Positions 10,606 to 17,757 of a DNA stretch of 17,757 bases are shown one piece after another. Below the pieces are notes generated by a model, which did not search any database, had not been told where the DNA came from, and saw nothing but the letters and a program-made list of their open reading frames with translations. The position numbers and the translations under genes were made by a program. The DNA lies in IMG/VR virus record IMGVR_UViG_2877285697_000007, one strand, 5' to 3'. This DNA comes from a virus. Lineage: Duplodnaviria > Heunggongvirae > Uroviricota > Caudoviricetes. Each line of letters starts with the position of its first letter. Within the stretch, counting starts at the first letter, position 1.

Positions 10606-10954
10606 TTACTGCGAAAGTTTGTTAATGGAAAGGAAGCCGCCAAAGTTGCCGACGTTATTGCGAAACTTACAGCCGCTCAGGCATTTGCTGCATTTATCCT
10701 TCGTGATATCGGAGGTCGGCTGGTCATATTCATCCGCGACCGCCGGACCGTGATAACCGCACTCATCACCGCGATAGGTCCAGGTGCAGGTATTAGCCAG
10801 CATGATGCGCCCCGGAAAAACGGCACCATCCGTTTCCGTCGGTGTGGACAACACAAAGGAGGCACTGACCGCACTCAGTTCGCTGCACTGCTCTATGCGC
10901 CAGCGGCTGATCACCTCCTGCTCCGGATCGGCGTCGCTGTTTCCGTTGACGAAG
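10606..10954 (-). pseudogene. L: Tail tip protein L, 5'-truncated: only the C-terminal ~115 codons remain
   Basis: Ends ...CSKCLSGCKFRNNVGNFGGFLSINKLSQ like lambda L. Homology starts at FVNGNSDADPEQEVISRW; the first 9 codons of the track ORF (MAKFSVPLH) are encoded by the IS911 terminal repeat. Confidence 0.85.
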
Positions 10955-11026
10955 TGAAGTGGCACACTGAATTTGGCCACCTGAACAGAGGTGATATGCT
11001 CACCTCAGAACAACACAGGTGCTCCA

Positions 11027-12195
<1,169 letters not shown>

Positions 12196-12289
12196 CCACT
12201 TCACAAATGTGCGCTGGCTATTACGGCTGTAATGGCGATTTATTGTCTTGCTATTGTTCTTATGGATCGCCTTTCTGACTGATTTCACA

Positions 12290-12318
12290 TTGGCGAGGTA
12301 ACGGTAGTTAAGTAGAAT
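12290..12318 (+). promoter_or_regulatory. Candidate sigma-70 promoter of the hok mRNA: -35 TTGGCG, 17-bp spacer, -10 TAGAAT
   Basis: Hexamers read from the sequence. It sits just upstream of GGGTGCTTGAGGCTATCTGCCTCGG (12326-12349), which resembles the 5' leader element of plasmid R1 hok mRNA as I recall it. Confidence 0.45.
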
Positions 12319-12493
12319 GGCTGCGGGTGCTTGAGGCTATCTGCCTCGGGCATGAACACCAACGGCAGATAGAGAAAAGCCCCAGTTAACATTACGCGTC
12401 CTGCAAGACGCTTAACATTAATCTGAGGCCAATTTCATGCTAGACACATGTAGGTTAGCCTCTTACGTGCCGAAAGGCAAGGAGAAGCAGGCT

Positions 12494-12649
12494 ATGAAGC
12501 AGCAAAAGGCGATGTTAATCGCCCTGATCGTCATCTGTTTAACCGTCATAGTGACGGCACTGGTAACGAGGAAAGACCTCTGCGAGGTACGAATCCGAAC
12601 CGGCCAGACGGAGGTCGCTGTCTTCACAGCTTACGAACCTGAGGAGTAA
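12494..12649 (+). CDS. hok: Hok/Gef-family type I toxin, 51 aa
   Basis: MKQQKAMLIALIVICLTVIVTALVTRKDLCEVRIRTGQTEVAVFTAYEPEE: one N-terminal transmembrane helix and the conserved DLCE motif; closest recalled paralogs are HokD/RelF and HokC/Gef. RBS AAGGAGAAG precedes the ATG. An in-frame ATG at 12437 gives a 70-aa mok-like extension. Confidence 0.85.
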   Translation: MKQQKAMLIALIVICLTVIVTALVTRKDLCEVRIRTGQTEVAVFTAYEPEE

Positions 12650-12718
12650 GAGACCCGGCGAGGGAGAAATCCCTCGCCACCTCTGATGTGGCAGGCATCC
12701 TCAACGCACCCGCACTTA

Positions 12719-12749
12719 ACCCGCTTCGGCGGGTTTTTGTTTTTATTTT
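12719..12749 (+). terminator. Intrinsic terminator of the hok transcript
   Basis: Stem ACCCGC / GCGGGT with a TTCG loop, followed by TTTTGTTTTTATTTT. Confidence 0.75.
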
Positions 12750-12865
12750 CAACGCGTTTGAAGTTCTGGACGGTGCCGGAATAGAATCAAAAATACTTAA
12801 GTAGCGCGCAGGGATAAGAGGGATGGTCCCTTAAAGGGGAGAGCTAATTATCCGGAAGGATTCTG

Positions 12866-12949
12866 ATGATGAACATCGAAGAACTGCGTAAAATTTTTTG
12901 TGAAGATGGCCTCTATGCTGTGTGCGTTGAAAATGGAAATCTTGTTTGA
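12866..12949 (+). other. Small ORF (27 codons, MMNIEELRKIFCEDGLYAVCVENGNLV) apparently truncated by IS911
   Basis: Good RBS (AAGGA, 5-nt spacer). Its stop codon TGA is the first three bases of the IS911 copy B terminal repeat, so it is either a gene remnant or a chance ORF. Confidence 0.25.
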
Positions 12950-12954
12950 AGTGG

Positions 12955-14123
<1,169 letters not shown>

Positions 14124-14373
14124 TGGAGCACCTGTGTTGTTCTGAGGTGAGCATATCACCTCTGTTCAGGTGGCCAAATTCAGTGTGCCACTTCATTGAG
14201 AACCAGCACCACAACCTCCTGTATTGGACGTACACCAGTCCTGATGAATATGAGGCTGTCTCGTCAGTGATTCAATACAACTATTGGGTATAGTTTCTCT
14301 GATTTTTTCTGTGGAAATGGGGCTCAACCACTAGTCATTTAATACGCAAAGTCCGATACAAGCTAACCTTCTA

Positions 14374-14397
14374 GTCCGCTTTGAGCGAAAAGCGGAC
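14374..14397. repeat. Palindromic hairpin GTCCGCTTT / AAAGCGGAC with a 6-nt loop, about 60 bp past the HAD gene stop
   Basis: Read from the sequence. The same stem core recurs at 15840-15863. No T-run follows it on either strand, so it is not a classic intrinsic terminator. Confidence 0.5.
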
Positions 14398-14457
14398 GTT
14401 GGAAGTTTAAAACTCGCGAACTACTCAGCGTCCATTGATGCGTATTGTGTAACGTGA

Positions 14458-15096
14458 TTAACCACAGATGATATTGAAACGTTCTCCGGAAATCTTGACC
14501 ATAATGTCAGACAGTTCGCTGACGGCATGGGCTTCAGATGATCCCAGAGCGTCAGGCTGAACAGCTATTACCGAAGCTCCACTTGCCAGCCCTGCTTTTA
14601 TACCCGCAGATGCATCCTCAAATACCACGCATTCACCAGGCTCAAGGCCCAAAGCCAAAGCTGCTTTGATGTAACCCTCGGGACTTGGTTTTCCCGTCAT
14701 TACATCTTCTGCACACACCATTACTATGGGTAAGGGGAGATTAGCCGCTTTCATCCTGTTTTCTGCAAGCATTCTGCCTGCAGAAGTGACAAGTGCCCAG
14801 CTATCCGGTGGCAGTTTTGATAAGAGTGCAGCGGCCCCTTTTACTTCAGTAACGCCTTCTGTCGTGTTGATTTCAACCTCTTCGAGTGAGGCCGCGATTT
14901 TATTGGTTTTCTCACCTGCACCAATAAAATGCGTCAGTGTATCAATCGTTTGCCGCCCGTGTGCGTAAGCAATCACAGCCTGAGTATCAAGACCGTATTC
15001 TGCACAAAAATCTCTCCAGACGCTTTCCACTACGGCTGTTGAATCAACCAGCGTACCGTCCATATCGAATAAAAAACCCTTAGCGTTGAATATCAT
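14458..15096 (-). CDS. HAD-superfamily phosphatase (subfamily IA, sugar-phosphatase / beta-phosphoglucomutase-like), about 212 aa
   Basis: Motif I FLFDMDGTLVDS, plus VTSA, TGKPSPEGY and VVFEDASAGIKAG; resembles E. coli YfbT/HxpB-type hexitol phosphatases from memory. Start is placed at the second ATG (15094-15096), which has AAGGA 6 nt upstream; the track start is 15102. Confidence 0.8.
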   Translation of the reverse strand: MIFNAKGFLFDMDGTLVDSTAVVESVWRDFCAEYGLDTQAVIAYAHGRQTIDTLTHFIGAGEKTNKIAASLEEVEINTTEGVTEVKGAAALLSKLPPDSWALVTSAGRMLAENRMKAANLPLPIVMVCAEDVMTGKPSPEGYIKAALALGLEPGECVVFEDASAGIKAGLASGASVIAVQPDALGSSEAHAVSELSDIMVKISGERFNIICG

Positions 15097-15125
15097 TGCC
15101 ATTCCTTAATGGTTGCAGAAGAAAG

Positions 15126-15764
15126 TTAATCAAACCATGTTTTTTCATCACCTTTCGCTACTCTCAGGCTGACAGCAATCTGCTCAGGCACAATTCTTGA
15201 AAGCGACAATTCAGGCAGGTCGTTGACATCAAAAAAATCAGCATCGAGTGACTCATGGCTGATTGACAGGCTGCCACCTACTTCTTCACAGAGAAAAATC
15301 AGCTTGTAAACATGCCAGGGTAAAGGCGGATGGCCGTGAAGATTACGATCCCAAACTCCCAATAGTTTAGTCACTCTGACTTTTAATCCGGTTTCTTCTT
15401 CGACCTCTCGACGCACAGCTTCAGAAGGTGTATCTCCAACATCTGCCCATCCGCCAGGAAGACTCCATAATCCATCTGCAGCCTCTTTCACCATCAGAAT
15501 ACGATTATTACGCAGGATAAACGCACGCACATCTGTTTTGGGCGTCGCGTAACCCGTTTCCGATACATGAAACAAATCATTGCGGCTAATATCAAACTGC
15601 GAACTCAGCAGTCCAGCGGCAATTTCACGCAAGGCTTCATAGCGTTCCTTGTCAAAGACGTCTTTTGAATAGGTCAGGCCTGACTGCGCGAGGGCCTTTA
15701 GTCTCTGGGCAACAAAAATAAGCTTTTCTTGGGTCAACACTTCAGACATGTTTTTCATCTTCAT
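15126..15764 (-). CDS. NUDIX hydrolase with an N-terminal extension, ADP-ribose pyrophosphatase-like, 212 aa
   Basis: Nudix-box-like segment GGWADVGDTPSEAVRREVEEETGL (REVEEETGL fits REUxEExGU) preceded by a ~70-aa N-terminal domain. Start is ambiguous among three Met codons (MKMKNM). Stop is 23 bp upstream of the HAD start, suggesting an operon. Confidence 0.8.
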   Translation of the reverse strand: MKMKNMSEVLTQEKLIFVAQRLKALAQSGLTYSKDVFDKERYEALREIAAGLLSSQFDISRNDLFHVSETGYATPKTDVRAFILRNNRILMVKEAADGLWSLPGGWADVGDTPSEAVRREVEEETGLKVRVTKLLGVWDRNLHGHPPLPWHVYKLIFLCEEVGGSLSISHESLDADFFDVNDLPELSLSRIVPEQIAVSLRVAKGDEKTWFD

Positions 15765-15839
15765 TTATGTATTCAGAGTTCCTGTTAAGGATACTGCTCA
15801 ATTCAATGAAGAATAACAAATGCATCTGGCACCTGCTAT

Positions 15840-15863
15840 GTCCGCTTCTGGCACAAAGCGGAC
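15840..15863. repeat. Palindromic hairpin GTCCGCTT / AAGCGGAC with an 8-nt loop, between the 133-aa gene and the NUDIX gene
   Basis: Same stem sequence as the hairpin at 14374-14397; the two bracket the NUDIX-HAD pair. Confidence 0.5.
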
Positions 15864-15960
15864 AACCACGCCAGATCTACCCTGTGCCATGAAAAATGAG
15901 AATGTCAATTCACTCCTGAACTAATGCTTTTTAATCTAGTAACGTCTAAAATACCTAACA

Positions 15961-16362
15961 TTATCCCTGATAAAATGCCAGTATGCGCTGCATAACTTCA
16001 CTCATCCGGCACTCGCGACAGATTATGTTTAGGCGACTGTCGTAGCGACGTATTTCTCCATCAGGTAACGACCAGATAAGGTCCGGATCAACCACAGCTG
16101 TTTTCTTCACCTTTGCCCTCGATAGTTTTTTGCGGGCGTTTTGCCAGTCCTTACGCGCCTGTTCAGACGGGAATAACCCGTAGCCGGAGTTGTATACATC
16201 GCCACTGGCTACCAGCTCTCTGGCAAGAACGCTCATCAGATATCTAGTCGCACCTGTTTTAGCTTCCAGTTGCCGTAACGTCTCACGACCGCTCTGGCGC
16301 ACGAGTTCCACCACCTGCCCTTTAATTTTTTCCCGCTCTTCTTGTGTAAAAACTTTTGCCAC
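15961..16362 (-). CDS. Hypothetical small basic protein, 133 aa, with a possible helix-turn-helix (TLRQLEAKTGATRYLMSVLAREL)
   Basis: ORF with a GTG start at 16360-16362 preceded by GGGGGA. I recognise no family; the HTH assignment is by eye only. Confidence 0.5.
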   Translation of the reverse strand: MAKVFTQEEREKIKGQVVELVRQSGRETLRQLEAKTGATRYLMSVLARELVASGDVYNSGYGLFPSEQARKDWQNARKKLSRAKVKKTAVVDPDLIWSLPDGEIRRYDSRLNIICRECRMSEVMQRILAFYQG

Positions 16363-16402
16363 AAGTCCCCCTTAAAATTACCTCATGACCTGAAATCAAA
16401 AC

Positions 16403-16927
16403 TTATCCTCTGAAACCAGGCGGAATTTCTGTATCCGGTTCAGAAATATGATTCACACAACGCTGTACAGGTGAACGTCCCAGGCGGATGACCAGTTCGT
16501 CCCATTTTTCGCGGAGTTTTGACGGGCTCATGATGTTTTTTACCCAGAATGGATCCCGCTGTACCCGACCAAACATTTCGCAAATTTGTCTGTGGCTTCT
16601 GCCATCCAGCATCCGCATTGTGCGCACGTCATTGGCCCAGGCTGTCCAGTTAGGCTCTTTTGGTCGCATGATCTCTCCATCGTCGCTGGCAGCCTGTTCG
16701 TAAAGGTTCACGATCCGCCCCCAAATCCACTGCGCACACGCCAAATCCTCCCTGCTACCCCACTGGCGTTTTTTCACACTAAACACAACCGCGTCGGGGT
16801 TCCGGGTTAAAAAATCCTGTTCAGTCGTCTGCGGGTCCGGTTGCGAAGCTTCCGGACGAAAAGTGTTTTTATTCTCTGTAGTAATCTCTGTTGTATGAGG
16901 TGTACTGGCAATAGCGGACACTACCAT
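16403..16927 (-). CDS. DnaT-C-terminal-domain-like protein (prophage / plasmid replication-associated), 174-aa ORF
   Basis: C-terminus ...NHISEPDTEIPPGFRG closely resembles the C-terminus of E. coli primosomal protein DnaT as I recall it (...SEPDSQIPPGFRG). The first ~11 codons overlap the presumed IS600 terminal repeat, so the native 5' end is uncertain. Confidence 0.5.
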   Translation of the reverse strand: MVVSAIASTPHTTEITTENKNTFRPEASQPDPQTTEQDFLTRNPDAVVFSVKKRQWGSREDLACAQWIWGRIVNLYEQAASDDGEIMRPKEPNWTAWANDVRTMRMLDGRSHRQICEMFGRVQRDPFWVKNIMSPSKLREKWDELVIRLGRSPVQRCVNHISEPDTEIPPGFRG

Positions 16928-17757
16928 TTGTTCTTTTTTTAAGCAGCCATCTGATGATATTTTTCCCTGAAGGCTGCCGGGGAGATATTCCCCAGACGAG
17001 AGTGACGACGCTGACGATTGTAGAAAATCTCAATGTATTCCCGTATTACTGAGATGGCTTCATCCCGGTTATTAAAACGATAGTGGCTCAGGCTCTCATT
17101 TTTCAGCGTTCCCCAGAAGCTTTCCATCGGAGCGTTGTCGTAACAGTTACCTTTACGCGACATTGATGTTTTCAGACCAGACTGCTCCTGTATGACCCGG
17201 TAATCGTATGCGCAGTACTGTGAACCTCGATCAGAGTGGTGGATTAGCCCGGCAGGTGGGCGCTGGCTCCTGAGCGCCATAAACAGGGCTTTACCTGTCA
17301 GCTCTTTTGTCATGCGCTCTCCCATGGCGTAGCCGACAATTTCGCACGTATAAACATCTTTGATGCCAGCGAGGTACAACCATCCCTCCTGTGTGGCAAC
17401 ATACGTCAGGTCCGCCACCCAGACCTGATTTGGTGCTGTAGGAGCGAACGTCTGGTTCAGCAGATTTGGCGCAACTGGCAGATTGTGGTTCGGGTTCGTA
17501 GTCGCTCTGAACTTGCGTTTCTGCTTACAGCGTAGCCTTAGCTCCTTACGAAGACGTGCCAGTCGGTCACGACCAACGATGATGCCATTCTCTGCCAGCT
17601 CCGTCTGGAGCCGCCGGGTTCCATATGTTTCGCGAGTGCGGATATGTGCCACCTTAATCTCCAGTTTTAGCCGCTCATCACTTTGTTTTCTGTCTGAGGG
17701 TTCATGCTGTACCCAGTTGTAATAACCGCTCCTGGATACACCAAATACCTGACACAT
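16895..17757 (-). mobile_element. IS3-family element, IS600-like, partial (continues beyond the window end)
   Basis: Terminal sequence TGAGGTGTACTGGCAATAGCGGACAC resembles IS3-family inverted repeats (compare IS3 CAATAGTGGACAC). Encodes an IS600-like OrfB. The inner boundary is approximate. Confidence 0.65.
16939..17757 (-). CDS. IS3-family transposase OrfB (IS600-like), 5' end outside the window
   Basis: MCQVFGVSRSGYYNWVQ... with a DDE/rve core (VWVADLTYV, HHSDRGSQYCA, CYDNAPMESFW). The ORF reaches the window edge; orfA and the frameshift site are not in the window. Confidence 0.85.
   Translation of the reverse strand: MCQVFGVSRSGYYNWVQHEPSDRKQSDERLKLEIKVAHIRTRETYGTRRLQTELAENGIIVGRDRLARLRKELRLRCKQKRKFRATTNPNHNLPVAPNLLNQTFAPTAPNQVWVADLTYVATQEGWLYLAGIKDVYTCEIVGYAMGERMTKELTGKALFMALRSQRPPAGLIHHSDRGSQYCAYDYRVIQEQSGLKTSMSRKGNCYDNAPMESFWGTLKNESLSHYRFNNRDEAISVIREYIEIFYNRQRRHSRLGNISPAAFREKYHQMAA

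Noticed and set aside
14196-14457. 262-bp ORF-free stretch between IS911 copy B and the HAD gene, examined for a tRNA, attachment site or small RNA
   Set aside because: I saw no cloverleaf-compatible sequence, integrase or direct repeat matching another position; the only notable feature is the hairpin at 14374-14397, reported separately. A small RNA cannot be excluded without expression data.
14458-15764. Assigning the NUDIX-HAD pair to a named anti-phage or anti-defence system
   Set aside because: I could not match the two-gene architecture to any defence system I can name with confidence; it is reported as an open hypothesis only.
15881-15930. Minus-strand TTGACA hexamer upstream of the NUDIX gene as a promoter -35 element
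   Set aside because: No acceptable -10 hexamer at 16-19 bp spacing (ACAGGG / TAGATC only), so a promoter call is not supportable from sequence alone.

Overview
This window reads as a decayed lambdoid prophage tail module in an IS-rich enterobacterial chromosome (Escherichia/Shigella-like), followed by a small block of non-phage cargo. All phage genes are on the minus strand in lambda order: a 5'-truncated L, then K, I, J, an IS4 insertion, lom, stf and tfa. L is cut by an IS911 copy at 10955. That copy and a second, identical but inverted IS911 (12947-14195) bracket a 743-bp segment carrying an apparently complete hok-family type I toxin locus. Beyond the second IS911 lies a lower-GC segment encoding a NUDIX hydrolase and a HAD phosphatase in tandem, then a small HTH-like protein and a DnaT-C-terminal-like protein, ending at a partial IS600-like element that runs off the window. 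I found no rRNA, tRNA, CRISPR array or integrase. I could not identify a clearly novel multi-gene system. The two candidates most worth follow-up are the IS911-hok-IS911 structure and the NUDIX-HAD pair with its flanking shared palindrome. All homology statements rest on recalled family sequences and motifs, not on searches, and IS and terminator boundaries are approximate to a few bp.
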